A DNA stretch of 64,000 nt from the NCBI GenBank assembly GCA_963841435.1, contig CAWJCS010000003.1:1376001-1440000 (forward strand), written 5' to 3'. A program made the position numbers and the translations under genes. The notes under the pieces were generated by a model. That model worked only from the letters and a program-made list of their open reading frames with translations. It ran no database searches and was not told the origin of the DNA. This document shows, one piece after another, positions 49,802 through 60,322 of this stretch; the first letter of the stretch is position 1; every line of letters starts with the position of its first letter. Source of the stretch: an uncultured delta proteobacterium. GTDB taxonomy: Bacteria > Myxococcota_A > Polyangia > Polyangiales > Polyangiaceae.

Positions 49802-52309
49802 CTACTGCAGGTTGAACACCTCGTCGGTCTCTTGGAAGACCGTGGCTCCGTTCTTCTCGGCGCGCAGCACCAGGTGACACTTCGTCCCCGACGCTGGCGC
49901 CGTGATCATGACCGACTTGGTCGCGACGGAGGCCAGCGGCACGTCGACCGAGAACGTGCCCGTGGCGCCCAGCGTCCCCGTGGCGCTGTCGGTGTGGACC
50001 TCCCACGTCACGTCGACGGTCGTGCCGGAGAACGTGTCGTTGAAGATCAGTAACGTCGTCGCGCGCGTCGCCCCCTTTGCGATGCTCGGTATGGTCGCCG
50101 GCCAATCACCGTTGGTGTTGGACATCTTGGCAGCCTCCCAATACGCCTGGTCCGCCACGAGCACGGGACTGAAGCCGGCTTGGATGCGGCGAATGATCGG
50201 GCTGGACCACGGCTCCGGCAGGTTGTCCTCGCCGAACACGGGAGGCCCGCCCTGCTCGATCGTCATCTTCGAAGCCAACACGCCGGGGACGAAGCTGGCC
50301 CACCCGGAAAGCAGCGTGTACGGGCGCACGTCCGAGGCGTTCTGGCGACGCATCGCCATCGCCGAGGTTCCAAACCAGGTAAGCCCCTGGCGCGTGTTGT
50401 CGTGGCTCCAGATGTATTCGCCCTGGCCGTAGGGGTTGTCGTTGCTGACGTTGACCTCTTCGGAATAGGCGCCAAGGCCGCTGCTGTAGTGGTGGATGGC
50501 GGCAAAGGCCGGCGCGGGCAACCCATAGTTTCCGCCACCAAACCAAAGATCGACGCTGACCGGGCGCGTGGGGTCGAGCTCGGTGATGGCGTTGAACAGC
50601 TCGGCCTCGAATTGATTCGAGTCCGTGCTGGCACCATTCGGTTCGTTGACCTGGCTCCAGCGGATGATCGCGGGGTGGTTGCGATCGCGAAGCACCATCG
50701 CCTTGGCGTGGTTGACCATGTTGTCGTGGCCGGCCGAAAAGTCCTGGTCGTTGCTGCTGCCGCGGATGGCGGTCTCGCCCATCAGCATCAATCCGAGCTC
50801 GTCGGCGGTATCGAGCATGTAGGGGGCGGCGAGCTCCTGGTGGACGCGGACGAAGTTGTAGTTGAGCCGCTGGTAGTTGCGGACAGCCTGCGGCCAGCCG
50901 GGGTTCTTTTCGGTCGGCGGCATGAACCCTGGGAGCGTGTCGTAGGCGTCCCCCTTGCCCCCGTTGTCGATGCTGTCGTAATCCGCGCCCTGAATGTTGT
51001 CGCCCCGCAAATTCACGCGGATCCCGTTCAGGTAATAGTAGACGTGCGAGCTGTCCGCCCGGCGCCGCTCACTCTGCCGAAAACCAAAGCGGACGACCTT
51101 GGTTTGGATTGGCTGGCCGCCTCGGCTCACCTGCAGGGTTAGGTCGTGAAGGCTGGCCTTGTAGTCGGCTTGATAGGGAACGTTGGGCCACCAATACGAC
51201 GTGGCCCCCAGGCCCCACGTGATCGGCCCGATCGTCGTCGTGGTCGTGGTCCCGGCCGCGGCAGTGACGGTCGTCTCCGGGATCGACGGGTAGGTAAAGC
51301 CGTCGCAACTCCACGAGCTCAGCGCGCCGGACAGGGTCACTTGCTGACTGGAAGCGCCCGTGTTCGCGATCGACACGTCGTAGGTCAGCGTGTCGTCCGC
51401 GACGCTCGTCCGCACGAACGCGTCGCTGATGTACACGTCCGGATAGACGCGCAGCGTCGCCGAGCGAAAAATCCCCTGAGCAACGTTTTGCGACCAGCCG
51501 GCGGCGTTGGGCACGATGGACTTGCCGCCGGACTTCAGCGCCCCGCCCCCGTTGACCAGGACGGAGATCGCGTGCTGCTGTCCGGGCGTCACGAACTTCG
51601 TGACGTCGAAAACCGACGGCGTGAACGCCGTGGTGTTGGTGGCGACCACGTTGCCGTCCACCGACAGCGTTGCCTGGTAATTGACGGCGCCGAACTCGAT
51701 CAGCGTGGTCTGCGGGCCGCCCGAATCCGGCACGGTGATCTGGGTTTCGTACGTGCCGCTGGAGGCGTTGATCCCCTGCTTGAGCCAACCGCCGCCCGGC
51801 ACCTGAATCGACCGTTTGGTGCCACCCGAGGGCGTGAAGTCCCAGGCTCCCTCGATGGACTTCGAGAACGGCTCGACTGGCGCGGCCCCACATGGGTCAC
51901 CGGCTGAGCCCCCCGTACCGCCGGCGCCGGAGCCGGCGCCACCGCCGGCGTCGGAGCCCGCGCCACCGCCAACGTCAGAGCCCGCGCCACCGCCGACGTC
52001 GGAGCCCGCGCCAGAGCCCGCGGCCGCGCCGGCACCCGAGCCGCCCGTCGAGCTCCCCCCGTCGCCACCGCCTCCCGCGCCCGTGTTGATGCCACCGGTC
52101 CCGGAGAGACCGGTGCCCCCTGATCCGCCGGTCGCCGACGCGCCGCCCGTTGCTTGTCCCCCGGAGCCCGAACCGGCCGCCGCGCCGCCGACGCCAGCGG
52201 GGCCCGTTCCGCTGCTTCCGCTTTTTTCGCCGGAACCTCCGGACTGGCAGGCGCTGAGCAAGATGACCGCCAGCAACGACGCCGCACGGAGGCGGATAGG
52301 CTTCGTCAC
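49802..52309 (-). CDS. Glycoside hydrolase family 2 lipoprotein with Gly-rich linker
   Basis: LLSAC lipobox, FGAVNY, RFGFR..YLNG, RDRNHPAIIRWSQVNE, GQGEY. Confidence 0.85.
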   Translation of the reverse strand: MTKPIRLRAASLLAVILLSACQSGGSGEKSGSSGTGPAGVGGAAAGSGSGGQATGGASATGGSGGTGLSGTGGINTGAGGGGDGGSSTGGSGAGAAAGSGAGSDVGGGAGSDVGGGAGSDAGGGAGSGAGGTGGSAGDPCGAAPVEPFSKSIEGAWDFTPSGGTKRSIQVPGGGWLKQGINASSGTYETQITVPDSGGPQTTLIEFGAVNYQATLSVDGNVVATNTTAFTPSVFDVTKFVTPGQQHAISVLVNGGGALKSGGKSIVPNAAGWSQNVAQGIFRSATLRVYPDVYISDAFVRTSVADDTLTYDVSIANTGASSQQVTLSGALSSWSCDGFTYPSIPETTVTAAAGTTTTTTIGPITWGLGATSYWWPNVPYQADYKASLHDLTLQVSRGGQPIQTKVVRFGFRQSERRRADSSHVYYYLNGIRVNLRGDNIQGADYDSIDNGGKGDAYDTLPGFMPPTEKNPGWPQAVRNYQRLNYNFVRVHQELAAPYMLDTADELGLMLMGETAIRGSSNDQDFSAGHDNMVNHAKAMVLRDRNHPAIIRWSQVNEPNGASTDSNQFEAELFNAITELDPTRPVSVDLWFGGGNYGLPAPAFAAIHHYSSGLGAYSEEVNVSNDNPYGQGEYIWSHDNTRQGLTWFGTSAMAMRRQNASDVRPYTLLSGWASFVPGVLASKMTIEQGGPPVFGEDNLPEPWSSPIIRRIQAGFSPVLVADQAYWEAAKMSNTNGDWPATIPSIAKGATRATTLLIFNDTFSGTTVDVTWEVHTDSATGTLGATGTFSVDVPLASVATKSVMITAPASGTKCHLVLRAEKNGATVFQETDEVFNLQ
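51937..52013. repeat. Three tandem 24-bp coding repeats (AGSDVGGG) in the GH2 linker
   Basis: Units start at 51937, 51961 and 51985. Confidence 0.7.
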
Positions 52310-52591
52310 AATGACCTATTGTCGAATCGCGCGCGCGATTGTCCCGAAAATGCCGGAACGGCGCGAGGACGCACGCGGACCCGAAGCGCCGAGCTCGGCC
52401 TTGGGCGTGCTAGCCGCGTTCCGTGGTCCTGCGGCTGCCGATGCGGCGCCGCTCTTTTGCGCTCGGTGCCAAGGCACTTTGCGCCGCGGGTGAAGACGCG
52501 ATCGGTCCCGCGCCGCAGGTTGTTCGAAACGGCACCCCGGGCGCGGCAGTCCGCCGGTTGCGCCGGGAAGTGCCGAAAGGAGCGACCCCGC

Positions 52592-53143
52592 ATGCGACAC
52601 AACACCCCCGCGAAGAAGCTTTTCCTCGACGTGCACGACCTCGGACCCGGCAAGGTCAGCGAAAGCGACGTTGCGGCCGCGCACCGACTCGATCTCGCGG
52701 CACAGGACAAGTACGGAGTCGCCTTCAAGGCGTATTGGGTGGACGAAAAGCACGGCAAGATCTACTGCCTCGCCGAGGCGCCTTCCGCTGAAGCGACGGC
52801 CGCGGTCCACGCAGAAGCGCACGGCCTGCTCGCTCACGAGATCATGGAAGTGACCGCCGACAACGGGAGCTGGACGCCTTCGCCCGACATGCAGCTCTTT
52901 CTCGACGTGCATCACCTCGGCGCCGGAAACGTCACCGCCGAGGCGGTGGCAGAGGCCCATGCGAAGGACCTAGCGGTTCAGGAAAAGCACCACGTGAGCT
53001 ATCTCAACTACTGGTTCGACGAGAAGACCGGCACGGTCGTCTGCCTGGTGGAAGCACCGAATGCCAAAGCAGCCATCGAGGTGCACCGAGAGGCGCACGG
53101 CCTGATCCCCGACTCGATCGATGAAGTGACCGAGGGGCGCTAG
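52592..53143 (+). CDS. Tandem DUF4242 (SCO4226-like nickel-binding) protein
   Basis: Two repeats of FLDVH..AAH..DL..YW.DE..G...CL.EAP....VH.EAHGL. Confidence 0.8.
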   Translation: MRHNTPAKKLFLDVHDLGPGKVSESDVAAAHRLDLAAQDKYGVAFKAYWVDEKHGKIYCLAEAPSAEATAAVHAEAHGLLAHEIMEVTADNGSWTPSPDMQLFLDVHHLGAGNVTAEAVAEAHAKDLAVQEKHHVSYLNYWFDEKTGTVVCLVEAPNAKAAIEVHREAHGLIPDSIDEVTEGR

Positions 53144-53334
53144 CACTACTGTCAGAGTCTTGGAGGAACAGATCACGATCCGGCAGAGAGAACATGAGCC
53201 ACGAAAGCAACGGGCGCGGCCAGCGGGCGGCCGTCTTCGAGCACGAAATGGACGCAAGACGTGGGCGCCGCCGTCCGAAAAGTTCGCCGCTCGCCAATCT
53301 GCGAATTTCTCGAAGGAAACGCGAATCTCTGACA

Positions 53335-53938
53335 GTACATCGACGGCCAAGGCATAGAGAAAGTGCCCCGGATCCGCGGGGGAGCTCTCGAGCTCACGCA
53401 GCGCTCCCGTCGAGCGGTCGAGCTCGAGCGACGCAACGCCGCCGATGAGCCTCGAGACGTAGACGAGCTCTCGTGGGTCGTCGCCGCGGGCGCCGCCGGC
53501 GCCGGCCGCTCCACCTTCCCCCCCACCGCTCGCGCCGGGCTCGCCTCCGTCGCCGGCATCGTCCGCCTCGCCTGCGTGGCCGAGCGTCCCCCCCGAGGCG
53601 CCCACGCTCGCGCCCGATGAGCCGCCGGTTGCCGCATGCCCACCAGCACCGCCCCCGGAGCCGGCGTGACCTCCCGATCCGGCGCGTCCGCCTCCTGGCC
53701 CCGCGCGTCCGCCTCCGCTCGCGCCAGCGCCCCCGACCCCGCCGGACGAGCGTCCTTTCGTGCCACCACCAGTCGATGGACCTGACGTTCCTCCTCGCCC
53801 TCCCTGCGCGGCGCCGGCGACTGCGCCTGCCGCGTTTGGGGTTCGGCCGTCGGCGTCGTCATGACCGCACGCCGCCCCCGAGAGGGAGCCTGCGAGCAGC
53901 AAAAAGGCGAGTGATCCGTTTCGATTCAGATGGTGCAT
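53335..53938 (-). pseudogene. Truncated lactonase/beta-propeller-like lipoprotein
   Basis: GAAC lipobox, Gly-rich linker, ELVYVS..LDRSTGALRELESSP..LAVD, then coding character is lost. Confidence 0.45.
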
Positions 53939-53953
53939 GAAAATGCGCCTCGC

Positions 53954-54085
53954 CTAGCGACCTTCGGAGACTCGTTCGATCGAGTCTGGAAGGAGACCGT
54001 GGGCTTCCTTGTGCACGGCGATCGCCGCCTCGGCGCTCGGCGCCTCGACGAGACACATGATCGTGCCGCTCGCCTCGTCGAACCA
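53954..54085 (-). pseudogene. C-terminal fragment of a second DUF4242 gene
   Basis: WFDEASGTIMCLVEAPSAEAAIAVHKEAHGLLPDSIERVSEGR* closely matches the end of 52592-53143. Confidence 0.7.
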
Positions 54086-54239
54086 ATCGGTCGTCGATCG
54101 ACCGCCCGACGCCCTCGAACCTGGGGGCCGCTCGCAGCAACGTCTTGGGCGTGGGTGCATCGGGCGTTGGCGCCTGGCGCAATTCGAACGAGCCGGTCAA
54201 CTTCCCCTCGTGGTGACGACGGGCTACGCTCGACGCGCG

Positions 54240-54884
54240 ATGGCCCTCACCCTCTACTACGGCTCGGGCTCTCCCTACTCGTGGCGCGTTCAGCTCGCGC
54301 TCGGCCACAAGGGCATCGACTACGAGCCGCGGCTGCTCTCGTTCTCGAAGGGCGAGCACCGGACGCCCGAGATGCTGAAGCGTAATCCTCGCGGTCGCGT
54401 GCCGGTCCTCGACGACGACGGCTTCTCGCTTTACGAGTCCGCCGCCATCGTCGAGTACCTCGAAGAAAGGTTTCCCGATCGTCCGGCGCTCTTTCCAGGC
54501 GACACCCGCGCGCGCGCTCTCGTCCGCCGCGAACGCGAAGAGGCCGACGCGTACTTCGGCGCGCCGTCGGAAGTGCTCTCCGGCGAGCTCTTCTTCAAGC
54601 CCCGCGAACAATGGGAGCGTCCCCGCATCGACCGGGCCCGCGCCGAGCTGTTCGAAGAGCTCGCGCGGCGCGAGGGAGCGCTCGACGGAGAGTTTCTGGC
54701 AGGTCCGCTCTCCGCGGCGGACTTCACGCTCTATCCGTTCGTGGCACTCATGGCGCGGCACGAGCTCAAGGACCCGACCCTCGAGCTCACGCGCGCCGTC
54801 GGCCCGAAGCTTCGGGCATGGATGCAGCGCATCGAGGCGCTGCCCTACTTCGAGGCGACCTACCCGCCGCACTGGCGGAGCTGA
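54240..54884 (+). CDS. Glutathione S-transferase family protein
   Basis: SPYSWRV, NPRGRVPVL, LYESAAIVEYL, SAADF. Confidence 0.92.
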   Translation: MALTLYYGSGSPYSWRVQLALGHKGIDYEPRLLSFSKGEHRTPEMLKRNPRGRVPVLDDDGFSLYESAAIVEYLEERFPDRPALFPGDTRARALVRREREEADAYFGAPSEVLSGELFFKPREQWERPRIDRARAELFEELARREGALDGEFLAGPLSAADFTLYPFVALMARHELKDPTLELTRAVGPKLRAWMQRIEALPYFEATYPPHWRS

Positions 54885-54932
54885 CGCCTGGCGTGCGAAA
54901 ACCCGCACCCGAGCTAGGAAACGATAAGTCCG

Positions 54933-56762
54933 GTGCCCGTTCTGCTTTCAGCCCGAGGGCTGGGCCACGCCTTCGGCGCGCGCCCCCTGTTCGAAGGCAT
55001 CAGCTTCACGCTTTCCGACGGCGATCGCGTGGGGCTCATCGGGCCGAACGGCGCCGGTAAGTCCACGCTGCTCAAGATCATCGCCGGCGAGATCGCTCCC
55101 GACAGTGGGGAGGTCGCGCGGCGGGGTGGCCTGCGCGTGGGGTATCTCGGCCAGGCCGCCGAGCTGCCGTTCGCGACCGCGCGCGACGCCGTGCGCGCCG
55201 GGCTCGTGTCGCCCGATCCCGATTCAGCGGAGCCTCTGGTCGAAAAGTGGCTCAATCGCCTCGAGCTCGATCCCGACGCAGCGCTCGAGGGTCGCTCGGG
55301 TGGGTGGCTGAAGCGCGTGGCGCTGGCGCGCGCGCTGGTCTCCGACCCGGAGCTCTTGCTGCTCGACGAGCCGACGAACCATCTCGACGTCGAGGGCATT
55401 CTTTGGCTCGAACGCTTTCTCGCCGCCGCGCGCTTCGCGACGCTCACCGTCACCCACGATCGCCTGTTCTTGCAGCGCGTCTCGCGGCGCATCCTGGAGC
55501 TCGACCGCAGGAACGCCGGAGGCCTTCTCGACGTGGCGGGCGACTACGCCACCTACACGGAGCTCAAGGCCGAGCGCATGGCGGCGCAGGAGCAGCGCGA
55601 GCAGGCGCTCAGGAACACCCTACGGCGTGAAACCGAGTGGCTACGCCGCGGCCCATCGGCGCGCGGCACCAAACAGAACGCCCGTATCGAGCGAGCTGCG
55701 GCTTTGAGCGACGAGGTCTCGACGCTCGCGCAGCGCAATCGCACGGGTCGCGTCGATCTCGACTTCCAGGGAGGCGATCCCAACGCCACGAGCCCCAAGC
55801 GGCTGATCGAGGCCCGCGGCATCAGCAAGCGCTACGGCGATCAGACGGTTTTGCGCGAGCTCGACGTGTTCATCGGTCCGCGCACGCGCCTCGGCCTTTT
55901 GGGCCGCAACGGCTCGGGCAAGACCACGCTGCTTCGCCTGTTGACGGGCCGCGAGGTGCCCGACAGCGGCGAGATCATCACGGCGGAACGATTCGAGGTG
56001 GCGTTCTTCGATCAGCACCGGGCGGCGCTCGACCCGAGCCGAACACTCGCCGAGACGGTGAGCCCCGACGGCGATTTCGTGCTCTACCGCGGGGCGCACG
56101 TCCATCGCCACGGCTACCTCGAGCGCTTCCTGTTCCGTCCCGACCAGATGGCCCAGCCCGTCGGAAGCCTTTCCGGGGGCGAGCAGAGCCGGCTCCTGCT
56201 GGCCGAGCTCATGCTCACACCGGCCAACGTTCTCGTGCTGGACGAGCCGACCAACGACCTGGATCTGGAGACGCTCATGGTGCTCGAGGATGCGCTCCAG
56301 AGCTTCGAGGGAGCGGTCCTCCTCGTGACGCACGATCGCTATTTTTTGGATCAGGTTGCCACCGAGATCCTCGCGTTCCACACCCATCCGGACGAGCTCG
56401 GACGGGTCACGAAGCTCGCGGGGCTCGAACAGTGGGAGGCGTTCCACGCGACCCAGCAAAAGGCGGCGTCGAGCGCCGCAAAGCTCGGGGCCCAGTCGAA
56501 GTCCGGCGCGCCCGCGCTTCCGGTGAAGAAGAGGAAGCTCAGCTTCAAGGATCAGCGCGACTACGACACGATCGAAGCGCGCATCCTCGCGGCGGAGCGG
56601 GCCCTCGGGTCGCTCGAAGCCGAGTGCGACCACCCCGAGGTGGTGTCCGACAGCGCGCGGCTCGTCGCGTTGCAGGCGTCCATCGCGAAAGCGAAAAAGG
56701 AAATCGACGGGCTCTACGCCCGCTGGGCCGAGCTCGAGGCGATCGCACCCGGACCGGCGTGA
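54933..56762 (+). CDS. uup: ABC-F ATPase Uup
   Basis: Two ABC domains (GPNGAGKST, GRNGSGKTT, LDEPTN), WLRRGPSARGTK linker, C-terminal coiled coil. Confidence 0.85.
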   Translation: MPVLLSARGLGHAFGARPLFEGISFTLSDGDRVGLIGPNGAGKSTLLKIIAGEIAPDSGEVARRGGLRVGYLGQAAELPFATARDAVRAGLVSPDPDSAEPLVEKWLNRLELDPDAALEGRSGGWLKRVALARALVSDPELLLLDEPTNHLDVEGILWLERFLAAARFATLTVTHDRLFLQRVSRRILELDRRNAGGLLDVAGDYATYTELKAERMAAQEQREQALRNTLRRETEWLRRGPSARGTKQNARIERAAALSDEVSTLAQRNRTGRVDLDFQGGDPNATSPKRLIEARGISKRYGDQTVLRELDVFIGPRTRLGLLGRNGSGKTTLLRLLTGREVPDSGEIITAERFEVAFFDQHRAALDPSRTLAETVSPDGDFVLYRGAHVHRHGYLERFLFRPDQMAQPVGSLSGGEQSRLLLAELMLTPANVLVLDEPTNDLDLETLMVLEDALQSFEGAVLLVTHDRYFLDQVATEILAFHTHPDELGRVTKLAGLEQWEAFHATQQKAASSAAKLGAQSKSGAPALPVKKRKLSFKDQRDYDTIEARILAAERALGSLEAECDHPEVVSDSARLVALQASIAKAKKEIDGLYARWAELEAIAPGPA

Positions 56763-56825
56763 GACGCGCGCTCGCGCGGGGCGTGGTCGGGGCTCGCCGG
56801 GCCGGCCATTTCGGTTGCCCCGGTC

Positions 56826-58343
56826 TCAGTGCCGCGTGTAGCGGTGTTTCACGCCCTTTTGGAAATAGCTCGGATCGCCATGCGGAAGCAGCATCGTTTC
56901 GATGCTGCGCCGTGCCGCGGGGACGTAGTGCGAAAACTCGCTGTTGACCCGAGCGAGATGATGCTCGATCGAGCGCGCGAGGTCGGCGGCGAGCTTCGCG
57001 TCAGGGGCACCGCCTTCGGCGAGCTCGATCGTCACGCGCAGCCGAGCGTCGAGCGCCTCGTCCTCGACGACCTCGAGCACGAATTTGCCGGTAACGAAGG
57101 CCATGAGCTCCGGGGTCTCCACGCCCAGCGCGACGTTTTCCGGATACACGTTCGCCCCGTAGTACGAAACGGCGAAGCTCGAACGGCCGAACACGTAGAC
57201 GAACGGCAGCGAGCTCGCCTCGTGGCCGAAGAGGCGTTGCGCATCGAGCCCGTTCTCGGCGAGGAACCGCCGCATCACGGCGCGCGGGATGACGCCGCCG
57301 TGATCGAGGATATCGTAGCGCACGAGCGGCACGCGACCCTCGCCCGAGAACACTAGCCGCCCCTCGACCGCTTCGAAGTAGCGGTGCAACGGGTCGAACT
57401 CGCACAGCGTCGGCAGGCGTGGCTCACCGAAGAGCTCGAGCGCGAGCTCCGGCCGTTCACCGAGGGCGCGCCGGATGCGAATCGTAGCGGGCGTTTCGTT
57501 GGCGAGCACGCCGCCGTCGGCGGTGCCGTAGAGTGACGCCGTCACCGTGGTCGGGTCGCTCGCCCCCACGCGCCGCGCCACCCAGTCGCGAAAGGACTCG
57601 CTGAACACCTCCCCGGCCATGACGAGCTTCGTGCCGAATCTCGACCAGTTGACGCCGACGCGCGCGCCCGCGTCGAGCACGTCCTTGAGGAACGGCGGGT
57701 AGCCGAACAGCACGATTTGCTCGAAGAGCGGCCCCGCAGCCCCGACCACCCGCAGGATCTCCTGGAGATTGCTGCCCGGCGTGACGAGCGTCAGCGGATA
57801 GCCCTTCGCGGCAAGGTGCCGGCACGCGGCCGTCGTGTACATGCCGCCGACCCAGCTGCCGAGCGCAAAGCACACGACGCCGAGCGTCTTTCGCCGGTCC
57901 GCGCCGAACGTGCCGGTGAGCACTTGCTCGAAACGCCGTGCCGTACCGAGCTCGTCGGCGACGGAGCGCGGCCAGAGCGTCGGCTCACCCGTCGAGCCGG
58001 ACGACACGGCAAGCATGTCGCAGTCCTCGAGACGCCCGTGCCGGCAGAGCTCGGCGAGCGGGTAGGCCTGGTGGTAGTTTTGCTTGGTCGTGGGCGGCAG
58101 CGCGCAAAACTGCTCGAGCGTGCGAACGGTGGCCGGCTCGACGGCACGCTTCGCGAGAAAATCACGATAAGCGGGGACCTCCTCGGCCGCCGCACGGAAC
58201 AGCGCGAGCAGGTGCGCTTCCCTTTCGGCGCGGCTCGCCTCGAACGAAGCAAGCGGCGCTGCGTAGAAGGCCTCGAGCGCCGCGAGAATTCGTCGCGAGC
58301 CAGGCTGGGGACGCTCGTCCCTGGGGCGATCGGTGGAAACCAA
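56826..58343 (-). CDS. Phenylacetate-CoA ligase-like (PaaK family) adenylate-forming enzyme
   Basis: SSGSTGEP, AGE, SLYGTAD, PLVRYDILD, GR. Confidence 0.85.
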   Translation of the reverse strand: MVSTDRPRDERPQPGSRRILAALEAFYAAPLASFEASRAEREAHLLALFRAAAEEVPAYRDFLAKRAVEPATVRTLEQFCALPPTTKQNYHQAYPLAELCRHGRLEDCDMLAVSSGSTGEPTLWPRSVADELGTARRFEQVLTGTFGADRRKTLGVVCFALGSWVGGMYTTAACRHLAAKGYPLTLVTPGSNLQEILRVVGAAGPLFEQIVLFGYPPFLKDVLDAGARVGVNWSRFGTKLVMAGEVFSESFRDWVARRVGASDPTTVTASLYGTADGGVLANETPATIRIRRALGERPELALELFGEPRLPTLCEFDPLHRYFEAVEGRLVFSGEGRVPLVRYDILDHGGVIPRAVMRRFLAENGLDAQRLFGHEASSLPFVYVFGRSSFAVSYYGANVYPENVALGVETPELMAFVTGKFVLEVVEDEALDARLRVTIELAEGGAPDAKLAADLARSIEHHLARVNSEFSHYVPAARRSIETMLLPHGDPSYFQKGVKHRYTRH

Positions 58344-58359
58344 CGGGAAGTGCCTCCTT

Positions 58360-59379
58360 TTACGGGGTCACGACGGCGCGGCCAACCAGTCGCCCTTCCA
58401 TGAGGTCGCGCAGGGCCTTGGGCGCGTCGGCGAGAGCGTAGCTTCGTTCGACGACCGGCGTGAGCTTCCCGGCTTCCAGGAGACGGGCGAGCGCGGCCAT
58501 CAGCTCCCGCTTGGCGGGCATCGTGAAGTCGGCGCGCGGCAGATGGGTCGTGAAAGGCGTCCGGGCGACGAGGAAAAGCAACTGGGGGATGCTACCGAGG
58601 ATCGAGTGTCCGCGCGCGCCGTAGTGATCGTGCCCGATCACCAGGTACTTGCCGGTCGGCGTGAGGACGCGCACGCAATCGCCGAAGCGTAGGTTGGACG
58701 CCACGTCGAACACGAGGTCGTATTTTTCGCTGCCGCGCCTGAAGTCCTCGGCCTGGTAGTCGATGGTGCGGTCCGCGCCGAGCGAGCGCAGCATCGCGAG
58801 CTTGTCGGCGCGGTCGACGGCGGTGACGACCGCACCGTGAGCTTTGGCGAGCTGGACGGCGATCGTGCCCACGCCGCCGCCGGCCCCGTTGACGAGCACG
58901 GCCTCGCCCGGCTTCGGCAGCCCGGCGCTCCTCAGGTTGAAGAGCGCGATCATGCCCGAGGTGGGCACGGTGGCCGCCTGCTCGAAGCTCACGAAAGGCG
59001 GCTTCTTCGCGAGGTTCGCCGCGGGGGCGGTGACGTACTCCGCGTAGGTGCCGCCGTTTTGCCACTGCATCTTCGGGAGCGTTTCACCGAAGACCTCGTC
59101 GCCGACGACGAAGTCGGCGACACCGGGACCGAGGGCCTCGACGAGGCCCGCCATGTCGGTGCCGGGGATGGGATTTTTAGGTTTTTGGAGCCCGGCGCCC
59201 ATCAGGCGAAGAACGTAGGGGATGCCGCTCACGACGTGCCAAACGTCCGGGTGCACCGACGCCGCGCGAACGCGCACGAGCACCTCGCCGTCACGAGCGA
59301 CCGGCCGCTCGACCTCCGCCACGCGCAGAGCGTCGACCGAGCCGTAGCGGTCCTGAACGATCGCCTTCATCTCAGGCAC
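58360..59379 (-). CDS. NAD(P)-dependent oxidoreductase, MDR/quinone reductase-like
   Basis: MKAIVQDRYG, PGTDMAG, VNGAGGGVG. Confidence 0.9.
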   Translation of the reverse strand: MPEMKAIVQDRYGSVDALRVAEVERPVARDGEVLVRVRAASVHPDVWHVVSGIPYVLRLMGAGLQKPKNPIPGTDMAGLVEALGPGVADFVVGDEVFGETLPKMQWQNGGTYAEYVTAPAANLAKKPPFVSFEQAATVPTSGMIALFNLRSAGLPKPGEAVLVNGAGGGVGTIAVQLAKAHGAVVTAVDRADKLAMLRSLGADRTIDYQAEDFRRGSEKYDLVFDVASNLRFGDCVRVLTPTGKYLVIGHDHYGARGHSILGSIPQLLFLVARTPFTTHLPRADFTMPAKRELMAALARLLEAGKLTPVVERSYALADAPKALRDLMEGRLVGRAVVTP

Positions 59380-59815
59380 GGCGCTCGACGGGGCGACGAC
59401 GCGCGGGAAACCTCCGCTTTCGGCCGCGGCTCTCGCGACGCGGTGGAGTTGTCAAGAGCACGCAGCGCTCCGCGTGACCGTCGCAGTCGCAGTCGACGGA
59501 CTTGGCTAGCAGCGAGCGCGCTGCCCGGAGCTCCGCGATGCCCCGATCCAGCTCGGCGAGCTTTTCTCGAACGGTTCGCCGCCAACGGTCGCGCGTGCGC
59601 TCCGCCTCGCCGAGGGCGAGAAACCCCTGGACCTCCGTGAGCGTGAAACCCGCCCGTTTCAACGCAAGCACGAGGCGCACGACGACGAGCGACTCGTCGT
59701 CGTAGCGCCGGCTTCCCGAGACGCGCCCCGCGGGAGCGACGAGCCCCAGGCTCTCGTAGTAGCGCACGGTCGGCGGCGTCAAACCGAGCGCCTTCGCGAA
59801 TTGTCCGATCCTCAT
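59367..59815 (-). CDS. MerR-family regulator with SoxR-like Cys cluster
   Basis: MRIGQFAKALGLTPPTVRYYESLGL..RRY; C-terminal CDCDGHAERC. Confidence 0.85.
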
Positions 59816-59845
59816 TGACCTCAAGTCTACTTGAAGTTGCAGCCT
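59815..59845 (+). promoter_or_regulatory. MerR/SoxR-type promoter-operator
   Basis: TTGACC, 19-bp spacer, weak -10 CAGCCT; dyad CCTCAAGTCTACTTGAAG resembles the SoxR box CCTCAAGTTAACTTGAGG. Confidence 0.75.
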
Positions 59846-59890
59846 TTTGCCCGGCGCCCGTGAACGACGACGCGCCGAAGGAGACGAGAC

Positions 59891-60280
59891 ATGACCGACA
59901 CACGGAACGCTGGACCCATTGCCTGCGACATCAGCCAGATCCCGGCGGAGCTTCGCGAGCGCCTCACCGTCGAGCTGAAGAAGACCTTCGAACGCGTGCG
60001 TGCCGTGCACCCGCTCGAAGACGGCTACGCGCTCGAATTCCCCAGCGAGCACGGCACCGTCGAGAATCTCGGCGAGATCATCGAGTACGACCGGCGCTGC
60101 TGCCCGTTCATTCGCCATGCGCTCATCGACGAGCCTTGGGGCGGCCCGATCCGGCTCGAGCTCACCGGCACGCCGGAGGTGCGCGCGTTCGTGGCGGCGG
60201 AGCTCCTGCCGCTCTTGCCGCCGGGCGTCCGCGTGCCGTCGGACACGCGAACGGTGGCGGGCGAAGCAGAGCACCGCTGA
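59891..60280 (+). CDS. Small conserved protein with IAC and CCPF motifs
   Basis: RBS AGGAG; divergent from merR and downstream of the operator. Confidence 0.7.
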   Translation: MTDTRNAGPIACDISQIPAELRERLTVELKKTFERVRAVHPLEDGYALEFPSEHGTVENLGEIIEYDRRCCPFIRHALIDEPWGGPIRLELTGTPEVRAFVAAELLPLLPPGVRVPSDTRTVAGEAEHR

Positions 60281-60322
60281 CGAGGCGCACCTGATGGCAC
60301 GGCGTGGCGGCGCGCCTGGCGC

